The notes: generated from the sequence alone by a model not told the origin. 64,000 nucleotides of DNA from Alteromonas sp. KUL49 (GCF_006538345.1 NZ_BJKL01000006.1:127095-191094), one strand, 5' to 3'. Numbered from the stretch's first letter, positions 10,485 through 20,996 are shown. Translations and numbers: made by a program.

Positions 10485-11381
10485 GTGGATAAGCTTCATA
10501 CCATGCAGATTTTTATCGAGGTGGCGAAACACCAGAGTTTTTCTGCTGCCGCCGAAGCCCTCAACCTGTCTGCACCTGCAGTAACACGGGCAATAGCCAA
10601 CCTTGAACATGGGCTCGGCGTAAAGCTATTGCACAGAACCACCCGCCACGTCCGATTAACCGATGCTGGCCAAGGCTATCTAGGTGACGCAAAACGGATC
10701 CTTGAAAGCATTGAAGAAGCTGAGGCCGCCGCCACGGGTAGTTACGCTAAACCCAAAGGGACATTAACAATTACTGCGCCTGTACTATTCGGACAAATGC
10801 ACGTGATGCCCATTGTCACCGAATATCTAGAACGTCATACGGGTGTTCAAGTCAGGGCTGTTTTTTTAGATAGAGTCACAAATCTTATGGAAGAGCAATT
10901 CGATGTGGCTATTCGTATAGACCATCTCAAAGACACTAGTCTGTACGCGACCCAAGTGGGACGAGTCGGTCGCATTGCCGTAGGCGCGCCGAGCTATTTT
11001 GAACAGTACGGCTACCCTCAGCATCCTAGTGAGCTCTCGGATCACCGAATTATCGCCACCTCTAGCGACCAAGTAAGTACGTGGAGCTTTAACGACAAAG
11101 GTAAAAAGCTGGCCGTAAAAGTGTCTCCAAGACTGGCTTGTAATCAAAGTGCTGCATCGATAAACGCCGCCATTAGTGGCTATGGGATCGCCAGAACTAT
11201 GTCTTATCAAGTGGGAGAAGCAATCAATGACGGTCGTTTGGTCAGAGTACTCGAAGACTATGAGAATGTGCCGTTTCCAGTAAGTGTGGTTAGGTTAGAG
11301 GGGCGCCAAAGTAGTGCAAAAGTTCGCCATTTTGTCGACTTAGCAATAGAGCGACTGCGGGAAAATTCCTTTATTGGTTAG
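10485..11381 (+). CDS. LysR-family transcriptional regulator
   Basis: N-terminal HTH (…FSAAAEALNLSAPAVTRAIANLE…) plus a LysR substrate-binding domain; it is divergent to the DUF1348 gene. Confidence 0.9.
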   Translation: MDKLHTMQIFIEVAKHQSFSAAAEALNLSAPAVTRAIANLEHGLGVKLLHRTTRHVRLTDAGQGYLGDAKRILESIEEAEAAATGSYAKPKGTLTITAPVLFGQMHVMPIVTEYLERHTGVQVRAVFLDRVTNLMEEQFDVAIRIDHLKDTSLYATQVGRVGRIAVGAPSYFEQYGYPQHPSELSDHRIIATSSDQVSTWSFNDKGKKLAVKVSPRLACNQSAASINAAISGYGIARTMSYQVGEAINDGRLVRVLEDYENVPFPVSVVRLEGRQSSAKVRHFVDLAIERLRENSFIG

Positions 11382-11390
11382 CGCCAAATA

Positions 11391-12362
11391 CTATGCGCTA
11401 TATACTCGTCCGTTCGATTGTCGCCACTGTTTAGGTGACTGTCCGTACAATCGCTTAAACTCACGGCTGAACTGAGAAGAGCTGGTATATCCTACTTCCA
11501 TTGCGGCCACATTAACATTGGTACCCTCAGCTATTCGCATCGCTGCGTTATTCAGTCGCATAGACTTGATAAACTGAATCGGCGACAGATTAGTTGCTTG
11601 TTTAAACTTACGATGAAATACAGCGCGACTCATCCCAATATGACCCGCCATGTCATCGATAGTAATAGCCTCACTCAAATTTGATGACAAAAACTCGATG
11701 GATCGAGCTATCTCATTTCCCACGCCAAACGCACGTCTAGCAGCATACCCAGAATCACCTTTCAAAATGGCATAATACAGCTCTCGTATACGGCCTGCCC
11801 CCAGAATAGCGATATCAGTTGTACTACCTTCAAGGGATACCAAGCGAGTTAAAGCATCAGTAAACTCATCATCCCACCGTGCTGTTGTTAAGCCTTTCGG
11901 ATGGGGTACGCCTTTGGGTAGATTGGTTGAGCCTAATGTACTCTCCAATTCAATGGCGAGCTCTGTCATTACTCGGGTATTTAATGTGATGTATACCCCG
12001 AGCAGCGGGTTAGTTGGCGACGCTTTTGGCGTTCCCGCTTCTATAGGCATAGACATGGTGCAGCAAATATATTTACTGTTGTCGTAAATGTGCTTCTCGC
12101 CATCGACAATGGCTTCTTTGGCGCCACTCACAACTGCGGTAATTGCAGGTTCGTAGACCGCTGGCGCACAACGGATAGACTCGGTAATTTTAAACAATTG
12201 CACCCCGGGTATACCCGTTTCTACCATGCCACCAGCGCTTACTCGCCGTTCTACTAACTCTGCGATTTTTGCTTTGCTCATTATCAATACTTCACTTATC
12301 AACACCGGAGCCACAGTATCAGGCAAATCTAGGTAGTTCAAACGAATGATACAAATAGGCAT
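11391..12362 (-). CDS. AraC-family transcriptional regulator with an AraC_N-type sensor domain
   Basis: The C-terminal HTH_AraC (…IDDMAGHIGMSRAVFHRKFKQATNLSPIQFIKSMRL…) is clear. Confidence 0.85.
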   Translation of the reverse strand: MPICIIRLNYLDLPDTVAPVLISEVLIMSKAKIAELVERRVSAGGMVETGIPGVQLFKITESIRCAPAVYEPAITAVVSGAKEAIVDGEKHIYDNSKYICCTMSMPIEAGTPKASPTNPLLGVYITLNTRVMTELAIELESTLGSTNLPKGVPHPKGLTTARWDDEFTDALTRLVSLEGSTTDIAILGAGRIRELYYAILKGDSGYAARRAFGVGNEIARSIEFLSSNLSEAITIDDMAGHIGMSRAVFHRKFKQATNLSPIQFIKSMRLNNAAMRIAEGTNVNVAAMEVGYTSSSQFSREFKRLYGQSPKQWRQSNGRVYSA

Positions 12363-12446
12363 GTTTTAGCGATTAATTCGCCTATTTATATATCAATATA
12401 GTCACTAAAATGCATTTCAAGATTAAGATTGAGAAGGTAGCGAACC

Positions 12447-13397
12447 ATGACTATTGACAACCAATTCGGTAAAAACGGCTGGACACCTGCAAACATAGAT
12501 TCACAATCAGGCAAGACCTATGTGATTACTGGCGCAAATACTGGTGCAGGGTTTCAGGCGACACGCATACTCCTGTCAAAAGGTGCAAGCGTAGTTATGC
12601 TTAACCGCAATCCAGAAAAATCTCAAACCGCTATTAGTGACCTAAAAAACGAGTTTGGGGAAGACGCAAAGGTACGTTATGTCGTTATGGATCTAGCTGA
12701 CTTGAGTTCGGTGAGAAACGGAGCATCTGAGTTACTTGCTAGTACTCCTCAAATAGACGCACTTATCTGCAACGGCGCTATAGCCCAAATCGCAAAACAA
12801 ACGCTCACCGTGGATGGCTTTGAGAGCCAATTGGGCGTAAATCACTACGGACACTTTTTGTTATGTGGGTTGTTGTTTGACCGCATTGACGCTTCAAAAG
12901 GACGTATTGTGGTTGTATCAAGCGAGGGTCATAAAATAGGGCTCAGAACCATGCAGTTCGACGATATGAATTGGGACAAGAACTACCATCCCAACAAGGT
13001 TTACAGCCAAAGTAAATTAGCGCAAATGATGTTCGCTTATGAACTTCAAAACAAAGTTCGTGAGTCAGGAAAAGACGTAAGTGTGTATGTTTGCCATCCG
13101 GGAGCCTCAAACACCTCACTGATAAGAGACAGTGCGAACTTTGCCACCCGTGCTACTTGGTCGATTATGGTCAAACTCGGACTTGCACAGTCAGCAGAAA
13201 AAGGGGCATACCCTGAAGTCATGTGCGCTACACAAGCAAACCTAAAAGAACGCGCATATTACGGTCCTACGGGATTAATGAACTTTGGTGGCCCTGTGGG
13301 TGAATGCAAGCTTGAGTCTTTTGTACTCGAAGACACGGTTCTAAAGAGACTATGGGAAGTGTCTGAACAAGCAACGTCTCACAGTTGGAACGTATAG
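12447..13397 (+). CDS. SDR-family oxidoreductase
   Basis: TGANTGAGFQ Rossmann motif and a YxxxK region. Confidence 0.85.
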   Translation: MTIDNQFGKNGWTPANIDSQSGKTYVITGANTGAGFQATRILLSKGASVVMLNRNPEKSQTAISDLKNEFGEDAKVRYVVMDLADLSSVRNGASELLASTPQIDALICNGAIAQIAKQTLTVDGFESQLGVNHYGHFLLCGLLFDRIDASKGRIVVVSSEGHKIGLRTMQFDDMNWDKNYHPNKVYSQSKLAQMMFAYELQNKVRESGKDVSVYVCHPGASNTSLIRDSANFATRATWSIMVKLGLAQSAEKGAYPEVMCATQANLKERAYYGPTGLMNFGGPVGECKLESFVLEDTVLKRLWEVSEQATSHSWNV

Positions 13398-13426
13398 CTT
13401 TAGTTTTTCATACTAAACTTCACACC

Positions 13427-14122
13427 ATGATAATGAGATTACTAGTTTTAGCTTCGGGGCTTACAATGACAGCATCATCAATATCTTCGAATTCGGTTGA
13501 AAGCTATAGAGAACATCAAGTAGCTCAAGATATTGACGGAAATCGATATAAAACCGTAGAAATCGGTGGTCAAGTTTGGCTTGCTGAAAATCTTAGAACC
13601 ACTCGATTTCAAGATGGCTCTGATGTTTCAACAGGCTTTATCCCAAAAGACGATGAGTCTAATCTTCTACCTTATGGCAGGTTATACAACTGGGACGATG
13701 TGGCAGATGAAAGAAGCTTATGCCCAGCAGGATGGCGTGTTGCCAGTGATGATGATTGGAAAGCCTTAGAGCTGGCAATCGGTATTTCGCCACAGCAAGT
13801 TGACGCAGAAAGGTGGCGAGGAGAAGACGATATTGCGATTACCATCAAGAAGTCTCAACCAGATACCTTGTTCAAGACATTTGACCAAACTAAGGTTAAT
13901 TCCTACCAATTTAATGCTACACCTGCCGGTGTTAAGGTGGGTAATTGATATATTACTCAAGGGGTTTACACCGAGTTTTGGACAAGCACCAGTGCGAGCA
14001 TTAAAAAAGCCTATGCGAGAACATTAGCCTATTCTTGGTGGAATTCGCACAAAGGAGAAATCCGCCGAGCACAATTAAATAAGGAATACATGTTTTCTGT
14101 GAGGTGTGTAAAAATAAAATAG
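13427..14122 (+). pseudogene. Secreted FISUMP (Fibrobacter succinogenes major paralogous) domain protein, interrupted by an in-frame TGA at 13946-13948
   Basis: It has a signal peptide (MIMRLLVLASGLTMTAS) and the motifs IGGQVWLAENL, GRLYNW and ATPAGVKVGN. Across the stop, the same frame continues YITQGVYTEFWTSTS...YSWWNSHKGE...MFSVRCVK, the typical FISUMP C-terminus. Confidence 0.55.
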
Positions 14123-14171
14123 CAGCAGAGTTAAACAACTCACAATTACAACGATTCACGCGAGAATACTA

Positions 14172-14693
14172 TTGTTACCAGCCATCGGGTTAGGAAATGA
14201 GCAAGCCAAATTAAAGGTATATATTGCCAATCGACCTAACTACTCTCACTACCCAGCGCTAACTTCCGTTGTAGATTTACCCGAGTCAGAAATACATCAA
14301 ATCGGCGCGGCCTGTGGAAACGGCTGGAGAAAGGTATTTAACGTATATGCGAAGTTTATCTTTGCTTTGGGGCATGATGAAGCCAAAACGTTTGCTAGTT
14401 GGCAGCAATACAGAGATAAAAGGTTATTACAAAGCAACAGCGATACGAGTTTACTGTTCTCAGCGCCGGATTTAACCTGCAACGCCATCCGCATTGTCAT
14501 GGGACGCACCTATGCTAAAGCGCTACTAAAGCAATCGCTGAGTCACATTGAACTGGATTGGTTAGATGATGAATTTGCCGTTTGCAAAACTAACAAGCTC
14601 ATCGTATGTCCATATTTTGATTATCGGCAGTTGAGTAATATCAAAATTATTCGCTTAGTAGAACTCGTTAACGCGCTTCCTAACCACGTATAA
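14172..14693 (+). CDS. Hypothetical protein
   Basis: 173 aa ORF with reasonable coding appearance. I recognise no domain. Confidence 0.4.
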   Translation: MLPAIGLGNEQAKLKVYIANRPNYSHYPALTSVVDLPESEIHQIGAACGNGWRKVFNVYAKFIFALGHDEAKTFASWQQYRDKRLLQSNSDTSLLFSAPDLTCNAIRIVMGRTYAKALLKQSLSHIELDWLDDEFAVCKTNKLIVCPYFDYRQLSNIKIIRLVELVNALPNHV

Positions 14694-14857
14694 AGATCTC
14701 GTTTTCAAATAGTTTCAATAATTTAAATGGATCTTTGACAAGAACCGCATATTATCAAGTACAGAGGCAGTCACTACAGGTGATGCCTCCACTCTAGCTC
14801 TCTTCAAATAACGCTGTGTTACTTACTTTTAAAAATAGTCTCTGATGGGGTACTAAG

Positions 14858-15805
14858 ATGACTAAATACCTATGTTTAGCGCTTTCACTATATTCAATGT
14901 CGACATATGCAGGGACTGACTCTAGATTAATTGCTTCTGGGGGTATTGCTGGCTTCGAAGGTACAGCAGGCGGTGGCATTACACCATGGGCTTTCATTGG
15001 CGGTTACACTAGCAAAGAAGAAGTTGGGTATGGTGCAAACATTCAATTGCTAAATTTGAATGACTATACACTTACCACTGCAGGCGCAAGTGTCAGTATA
15101 TTTGATAGAGTAGAGTTAAGTATTCAGCGCCAAAAGCTCGATATTTCAGCAGGTCTTACTAGCAATGTATTTTCATTACTAACCGACGGCGCAATTACTA
15201 ACGCCAACTCAACAACTATTGGGCAGGATATTATTGGTGCTAAGGTAAAAATATGGGGCGATGGCGTATTCACTCAAGACACATGGGTCCCCCAAATTTC
15301 AATAGGTGCACAACACAAGCGAAATAGAGATTTCGACACCTCACTGCTACTGCCAGATGGTTCAGCGCCGCTGCCCAATATCGGCGTACCACAACTGCTT
15401 GGCGCAACAGACAACAGTGGAACTGACATTTATGTATCGGCAACAAAACTCTGGTTAGGGTTTCCAGCGGGTTACAATTTACTCACCAACTTTACTGCGC
15501 GTTTCACTAAGGCAAATAGCTTTGGGTTACTTGGATTTTCGTCAGAAAATGACGATAGCTACAGTACAGAATTGGAGGGCTCATTAGCGGTTTTAATTAG
15601 TCCAACAACCGCCATTGGCGCAGAATTTAGAACCCAATCGGACCGCTTAGGAGGTCTAGCCGAAGAAGACACTGTGGTAGATGTATTTGTCGCTTATTTT
15701 CCAAACAAATCACTGTCTATTACGGCTGCCTATGTTGATTTGGGAAACCTACCACTTCAAGAAAACTCTAACGGCTTTTACCTTACGTTAAATACAAACT
15801 TTTAG
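14858..15805 (+). CDS. DUF3034 family outer-membrane beta-barrel protein
   Basis: Signal peptide followed by a Gly/Thr/Ser-rich alternating beta-barrel pattern that ends in an aromatic residue (…LTLNTNF). Confidence 0.65.
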   Translation: MTKYLCLALSLYSMSTYAGTDSRLIASGGIAGFEGTAGGGITPWAFIGGYTSKEEVGYGANIQLLNLNDYTLTTAGASVSIFDRVELSIQRQKLDISAGLTSNVFSLLTDGAITNANSTTIGQDIIGAKVKIWGDGVFTQDTWVPQISIGAQHKRNRDFDTSLLLPDGSAPLPNIGVPQLLGATDNSGTDIYVSATKLWLGFPAGYNLLTNFTARFTKANSFGLLGFSSENDDSYSTELEGSLAVLISPTTAIGAEFRTQSDRLGGLAEEDTVVDVFVAYFPNKSLSITAAYVDLGNLPLQENSNGFYLTLNTNF

Positions 15806-15820
15806 TTGGAGTAACTCGCT

Positions 15821-16246
15821 ATGACTAATTCTAAAATTATTGCGTTATTCCTGATTCCATTAGCATTACTCGGTTGCTCGAGCACCACTGAACAAAGCCT
15901 TTACGATGAAATTGGCGGTCATAAAACGTTAGAGACTGTGTATGGCGTGGCAGTTACCCGTATTTATACGCACCCAGACATTGGACACTATTTTAAAGGC
16001 GTTCCAAAGCGACATTTACGCGACCAGTTGGTTACTCAAACCTGTGAGCTAATTGGAGGGCCCTGTGAATATGACGGCAAAAGTATGCTGGAGTCACATC
16101 AAGGATTAGATATCAAAGAAAGAGAGTTCTACATATTGGTCGAAATTGTGCAAGGCGCCATGCGTGATGTAGGTTTAACCTATCAACAAGAGAACCGCAT
16201 TCTTCAAAAACTAGCGCCCATCAAATATGAAACCATAAATCTCTAA
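15821..16246 (+). CDS. Group 1 truncated haemoglobin (trHbN) with a lipoprotein signal peptide
   Basis: Lipobox LLGCSS, then LYDEIGG...YFKGV...H..LDIKEREFY..., the trHb signature. Confidence 0.75.
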   Translation: MTNSKIIALFLIPLALLGCSSTTEQSLYDEIGGHKTLETVYGVAVTRIYTHPDIGHYFKGVPKRHLRDQLVTQTCELIGGPCEYDGKSMLESHQGLDIKEREFYILVEIVQGAMRDVGLTYQQENRILQKLAPIKYETINL

Positions 16247-16250
16247 CGAA

Positions 16251-16300
16251 AAAGACCAGTCAGTGTCATTGAAGAGTGCCCTCAATGACACTGACTCAGG
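16251..16300. terminator. Rho-independent terminator shared by convergent genes (17-bp stem)
   Basis: AGTCAGTGTCATTGAAG / TTCAATGACACTGACT inverted repeat. The minus-strand transcript continues TGGTCTTTTT, so it is stronger for proC. Confidence 0.65.
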
Positions 16301-16302
16301 CT

Positions 16303-17130
16303 TTAGTTTGTGTAGAGTTCGTTTGTACGAAACGCTGCTGAACGCATTGCCTTTGCAACAATTTCCTCCAGCTTACCCTCTTTTAAGCGGTTTAGTGCTT
16401 GCTCAGTAGTCCCCTTGGGCGAGGTAACTCTCTCTCGCAAAGTGGCGAGGGAGTCTTCACTTTGTGAAGCCATACTGATAGCTCCCAAAGCACTCTGAAT
16501 AACAGTATCGGTTGCTATGTGCCTCGGTAAACCTTGAGCAACAGCCTCTGTTTCCATTGCCTCCATGAACAAGAAAAAATATGCCGGAGCGCTACCTGCA
16601 GTAGCGACGATAGCTGGCATTTGAGATTCCTCTTCAACCCAAACCGTTTTACCAATCGTACGCATTACACTATTTGCTTGTGCAATCTGGGCCTCGGGAA
16701 CACAGGGATCAGAAAACAACCCAGTCACACCACGGCAAAGCGCAGACGGTAAATTTGGCATGGCACAAACCACTCGACGACGGCCACCCAGTGACTCTGA
16801 TATCAATTGCCATGACACACCAGCTGCAACTGAAATGACCAAAGGATCTTTTTGAAGATCATTCATCTCACATCGCAACTCCTCACACACACTGGTAACT
16901 TTGTCTGGCTTAACCGCTACTATTACCACATCAGCAAATAGAACGGCTTGTGCGTTACTGCGCGATACCCTCACCTGATGCTTGTTCGCCATTCGCTCCC
17001 GAGTTTTTGATGATGGTGCACATACCATAAGGTTGAGGGGAGAATGGCCAGACAACAAAAGGCCCGATAATATAGCCTCGGCCATATTACCTCCTCCAAT
17101 AAATGCTATTTTTAAATCAGGGTTCAACAT
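16303..17130 (-). CDS. proC: Pyrroline-5-carboxylate reductase
   Basis: IAFIGGGNMAEAI NAD(P)-binding N-terminus and ProC length. Confidence 0.9.
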   Translation of the reverse strand: MLNPDLKIAFIGGGNMAEAILSGLLLSGHSPLNLMVCAPSSKTRERMANKHQVRVSRSNAQAVLFADVVIVAVKPDKVTSVCEELRCEMNDLQKDPLVISVAAGVSWQLISESLGGRRRVVCAMPNLPSALCRGVTGLFSDPCVPEAQIAQANSVMRTIGKTVWVEEESQMPAIVATAGSAPAYFFLFMEAMETEAVAQGLPRHIATDTVIQSALGAISMASQSEDSLATLRERVTSPKGTTEQALNRLKEGKLEEIVAKAMRSAAFRTNELYTN

Positions 17131-17133
17131 AAG

Positions 17134-18357
17134 TTAAGCCCTTACTTGGCCATTGCCAGTAACAATAAATTTTTCCGTGGTCAAAGACTCTATTCCCATG
17201 GGGCCATAGGCATGCAGTTTTGTGGTAGCAATTCCTATTTCAGCACCGAGACCGAGTTCAGAACCGTCTGAGAATCGTGAAGATGTATTCGCCATGACTA
17301 CCGATGCATCTACCGCGCGTTGGAATAGTTCAGCCCGCTCTTGGTTGGTGGTGCAAATCACTTCAGTGTGATTACTTCCAAACCTATCAATATGAGACAG
17401 TGCGTGGTCAAAATCGTCTACAACGCGAATAGCAATTTCCAGATCAAGGTACTCTTGTCCAAAATCGTCTTCTTCTAACACAATGCTGTCAGGAAAAAAT
17501 GGTGCTGCGCGCTTACACGCATTTATCTTAACCTGTCGCGGCTCAAGTGCTCCTCTCACCATAGGTAAAAAGTCTTTCATGACATCTTTGTGGACTATCA
17601 AACCTTCTAGCGCGTTACACACGCCTGTTCGCTGAGTCTTTCCGTTTACCAATAGTTCGATAGCTGTTTGTAGATTTGCTTCGCTATCAATATACAAATG
17701 ACACACACCTTTATAATGCTGAATAACAGGAACTTTGCTATTTTCGGTAACATACCTAATTAACCCTTCTCCTCCTCTTGGAATAATAACGTCGATGTAA
17801 TCTTCTTGTTCCATGAGCTCTCGCATCAACTCACGGTCTGGTACGGGTACAACAGTAATCAGCTGTGGTGGCAAGCTGTACTCTAACAACACTGCTTTGA
17901 GCAACTCGGCAATTGCACAGCTTGTTTTAAGTGCTTCTTTCCCCCCTCGCAAAATAACGGCGTTGCCTGACTTGAAACACAAGGCTCCAGCGTCTGCGGT
18001 AACATTGGGGCGAGCCTCATAGATCATACAAACAACTCCAAGTGGCACTCGCATTTTACTGACCTCAATACCATTAGGGCGGGTCTCAACAAAACGACTT
18101 CGACCAACCGGGTCATCCAAGTGGGCGATAGTTTCAATACCAGCTGCCATATCTTCAATGCGTTGCGGCGTCAGTGTTAAGCGGTCGATCATTGCACTAG
18201 ACAGTGCATCCGCTTTTGCTTGCATGACATCATCAGCATTCACTTTAATAATACTGCTCGCATTTTCCCGAATTTTTGTCGCCATAGCGCGAAGCACTTT
18301 GTTTTTAAAAACCTTCATCGACAAGCGCCAATGTCTTAGCTGCATTAGCAGCGTCAC
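17134..18357 (-). CDS. proA: Gamma-glutamyl phosphate reductase
   Basis: Aldehyde-dehydrogenase fold with a ProA-like sequence over 407 aa. Confidence 0.9.
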   Translation of the reverse strand: MTLLMQLRHWRLSMKVFKNKVLRAMATKIRENASSIIKVNADDVMQAKADALSSAMIDRLTLTPQRIEDMAAGIETIAHLDDPVGRSRFVETRPNGIEVSKMRVPLGVVCMIYEARPNVTADAGALCFKSGNAVILRGGKEALKTSCAIAELLKAVLLEYSLPPQLITVVPVPDRELMRELMEQEDYIDVIIPRGGEGLIRYVTENSKVPVIQHYKGVCHLYIDSEANLQTAIELLVNGKTQRTGVCNALEGLIVHKDVMKDFLPMVRGALEPRQVKINACKRAAPFFPDSIVLEEDDFGQEYLDLEIAIRVVDDFDHALSHIDRFGSNHTEVICTTNQERAELFQRAVDASVVMANTSSRFSDGSELGLGAEIGIATTKLHAYGPMGIESLTTEKFIVTGNGQVRA

Positions 18358-18381
18358 GTGCTAGATTTTTAATTAAACTCA

Positions 18382-19482
18382 TTATTCCTCCAAAATTGCT
18401 ATGTTGTTCTCTGAAATGATAGGGCCTGTTGTATTTTCGAAGTCTGCGGCGAATGCCCTATCATCTTGCTCAGCGAGAAAGCTCAACAGACAACTACTGT
18501 AATTGGATTTCGCTTTTGCCAACTTTGTCCCATCTTTCTTTCTGACGAGGATTGTGTCGCCCACCGCAAAATCACCTTTCACGGCCACAACGTCTTGACT
18601 GCACAACTTTTCACTCTGCTCATCGAGTGCAACATCGAAATTTTCTGGGACTACCACTTCTCCCTGAGCATTCGACGTATGAGTTAACCAGTGCTTGTGC
18701 TCCTGCATAGGAACTTCAAATGGCTGGAAGTGAGTCCCCGGATTGTATCCCTCCAACAGCGCGTTAAATGATTGGTCTGTAAAGCCATTTACAATAAAGG
18801 TGCTAATGCCATGAGATACCGCTTTTTCTGCCGCCTGGATTTTTGTTTTCATTCCACCAGTACCCACGTCACTAGTCGCACCGCCAGCCATCGCATGAAT
18901 GGTGGCGTCGATGTGAGTGACCGTTTTTATAAGTGTGGCATCATCATTCTTGTGTGGGTTTTTGTCGTACAACCCGTCGACGTCTGAACAAATAATAAGC
19001 GCATCGGCATTTACTGATGCCGCAACCATGGCTGATAGATTATCGTTATCGCCCACTTTCAATTTGTCGGTGGTTATTGTGTCGTTTTCATTAACAACGG
19101 GAAGAATGCCATTCTTCAATAGTTCAAACAGTGTTTCCTTTACACTCACATAACGCTCACGATTTCGCAGGTCAGCATGAGTTAGCAGTATTTGCGCCGT
19201 GGGAAAATCAAACAGCTTATCCCAAGTTGCCATCATTTCTGTCTGCCCGGCGGCAGCCATCGCTTTTTTTAATGGCACACTGTTTGGCGACTGAGCGAAG
19301 TAGCCCGTACCTGCGGCAACCGATCCGGAAGAAACAAGGACAACTTCCACACCTCTGGCTCTGCATTTCACTATGAACTGTGCGATGCTTAACAGGTAAT
19401 GACTACTACATCCTTTTTTACTCGGGGCAATAAGCGCACTCCCCACCTTCACCACTATGCGTTTCCAATTGAAATTACTCAT
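18382..19482 (-). CDS. proB: Glutamate 5-kinase with a C-terminal PUA domain
   Basis: KRIVVKVGSALI... amino-acid kinase plus a PUA tail. The start was chosen at MSNFNWKR because the longer ORF overlaps the 3' end of putP. Confidence 0.9.
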   Translation of the reverse strand: MSNFNWKRIVVKVGSALIAPSKKGCSSHYLLSIAQFIVKCRARGVEVVLVSSGSVAAGTGYFAQSPNSVPLKKAMAAAGQTEMMATWDKLFDFPTAQILLTHADLRNRERYVSVKETLFELLKNGILPVVNENDTITTDKLKVGDNDNLSAMVAASVNADALIICSDVDGLYDKNPHKNDDATLIKTVTHIDATIHAMAGGATSDVGTGGMKTKIQAAEKAVSHGISTFIVNGFTDQSFNALLEGYNPGTHFQPFEVPMQEHKHWLTHTSNAQGEVVVPENFDVALDEQSEKLCSQDVVAVKGDFAVGDTILVRKKDGTKLAKAKSNYSSCLLSFLAEQDDRAFAADFENTTGPIISENNIAILEE

Positions 19483-19496
19483 TTTTTCACCATTCA

Positions 19497-20996
19497 TTAA
19501 ATTTGTTCCAGTAAGCTGCGTTCTGATTTTTTGTAAACCGCTGTGGCTCTCTCGCTTGGGCTCTGTCCCAGTATGGAAACTATCCAAATTGATAGACTGC
19601 TAATGACAAAACCGGGAACGATTTCGTATATGTGGTTACTAATCGTGCTTCCATCTGAAAACACCGGTACGCTTATTGAAAAAATAACGGTAGCAGCGCC
19701 GGTAACCATGCCAGTCATTGCGGCTGTATAATTGAGTGTTTTGCTGTATAAACAAAACAAGACTAAGGGACCGAATGCAGCACCAAAACCCGCCCAGGCA
19801 TGACTTACTAATCCAAGGATTGAACTACTAGTGCTGGTTGCCAGAATCATTGCTATGACCCCCACACTGAGTACGCCCAGTCGACTGATAGCTACTGAGT
19901 AACGCTCACTAAGCAGGTTGGCCGAGCTTTTCTTGCGTGCCATCGTCAAAATATCTTCCGTAAGCGATGACGCCGACACGAGAAGCTGGGATGAGATCGT
20001 ACTCATAATGGCAGCTAGAATTGCCGCGAGTAAAAAGCCAGTTATTAAGGGGTGAAACAGCACTTGCGTAAACACCACAAAGATAGTTTCGGGATCATCA
20101 ATTGGAGTGTTGGTTTTACTTACATAGGCAACACCTACTAGCCCAGTGGCAAGAGCGCCTATGATAGATACCGTCATCCAACTTATCCCGATGTTGCGGG
20201 CGACAGACACCGCCTGAACCGAACGAATTGCCATAAAACGCACAATAATGTGAGGCTGTCCAAAGTACCCTAATCCCCAGGCAAGACTAGAAGAAAGACC
20301 TATGGTGGTCATACTGGTCAAACTTTCACTGAGAGAAGGTATTGTGCCTTGAGTATATGAAAGCATTCCTTCAGTGCTTTCAAACTGCTGGAATGCAACA
20401 ACTGGGACCATGACCAAGGCTACAAACATAATGCAGCCCTGAACAAAGTCAGTAAGACTTACCGCCAAGAACCCACCTAATAAGGTGTAGGCAACGACCA
20501 CGACGAGAGTAATCAACACACCATACTCAAAAGGTACGCCAAAGGCAGAGTCAAACAGCTTACCACCTGCCACTAGCCCAGCTGACGTGTAAAGTGTAAA
20601 GAAGACAATAATAACCGATGCTGAAACCACTCTGACACCACTAGACTGAAGCCCAAAACGTCTTGAGAAAAACTCTGGGATGGTCAAGCTATTGCCCGCT
20701 TGTTCGGTGAAAACACGTAACCTAGGCGCTACAAATAGATAATTTGCACAAGCGCCCAAAACGAGTCCAACAGCGATAAAAACAGTGTCAAAGCCCATCA
20801 CAAACATTGCACCGGGTAACCCCATCAACATCCACCCGCTCATATCTGACGCACCAGCAGACAAAGCTGTTACTTGGGGGCTGACATTGCGCCCTCCGAG
20901 CAAATAATCAGAGACATTGCTAGAAGACTGCTTGTATGCAAATAAGCCAATTCCCAGCATACACAGAAAATAGAGACCTATAGAGACGAAGCTCAT
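19497..20996 (-). CDS. putP: Sodium/proline symporter (SSS family)
   Basis: ...DYLLGGRNVSPQVTALSAGASDMSGWMLMGLPGA... is a PutP-like N-terminal region. Confidence 0.85.
   Translation of the reverse strand: MSFVSIGLYFLCMLGIGLFAYKQSSSNVSDYLLGGRNVSPQVTALSAGASDMSGWMLMGLPGAMFVMGFDTVFIAVGLVLGACANYLFVAPRLRVFTEQAGNSLTIPEFFSRRFGLQSSGVRVVSASVIIVFFTLYTSAGLVAGGKLFDSAFGVPFEYGVLITLVVVVAYTLLGGFLAVSLTDFVQGCIMFVALVMVPVVAFQQFESTEGMLSYTQGTIPSLSESLTSMTTIGLSSSLAWGLGYFGQPHIIVRFMAIRSVQAVSVARNIGISWMTVSIIGALATGLVGVAYVSKTNTPIDDPETIFVVFTQVLFHPLITGFLLAAILAAIMSTISSQLLVSASSLTEDILTMARKKSSANLLSERYSVAISRLGVLSVGVIAMILATSTSSSILGLVSHAWAGFGAAFGPLVLFCLYSKTLNYTAAMTGMVTGAATVIFSISVPVFSDGSTISNHIYEIVPGFVISSLSIWIVSILGQSPSERATAVYKKSERSLLEQI

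Noticed and set aside
13946-13948. The in-frame TGA in the FISUMP gene could be a selenocysteine codon.
   Set aside because: There is no SECIS-like hairpin downstream, no selenoprotein context, and the aligned FISUMP position is most plausibly Trp (TGG). A nonsense change or a base error is more likely.
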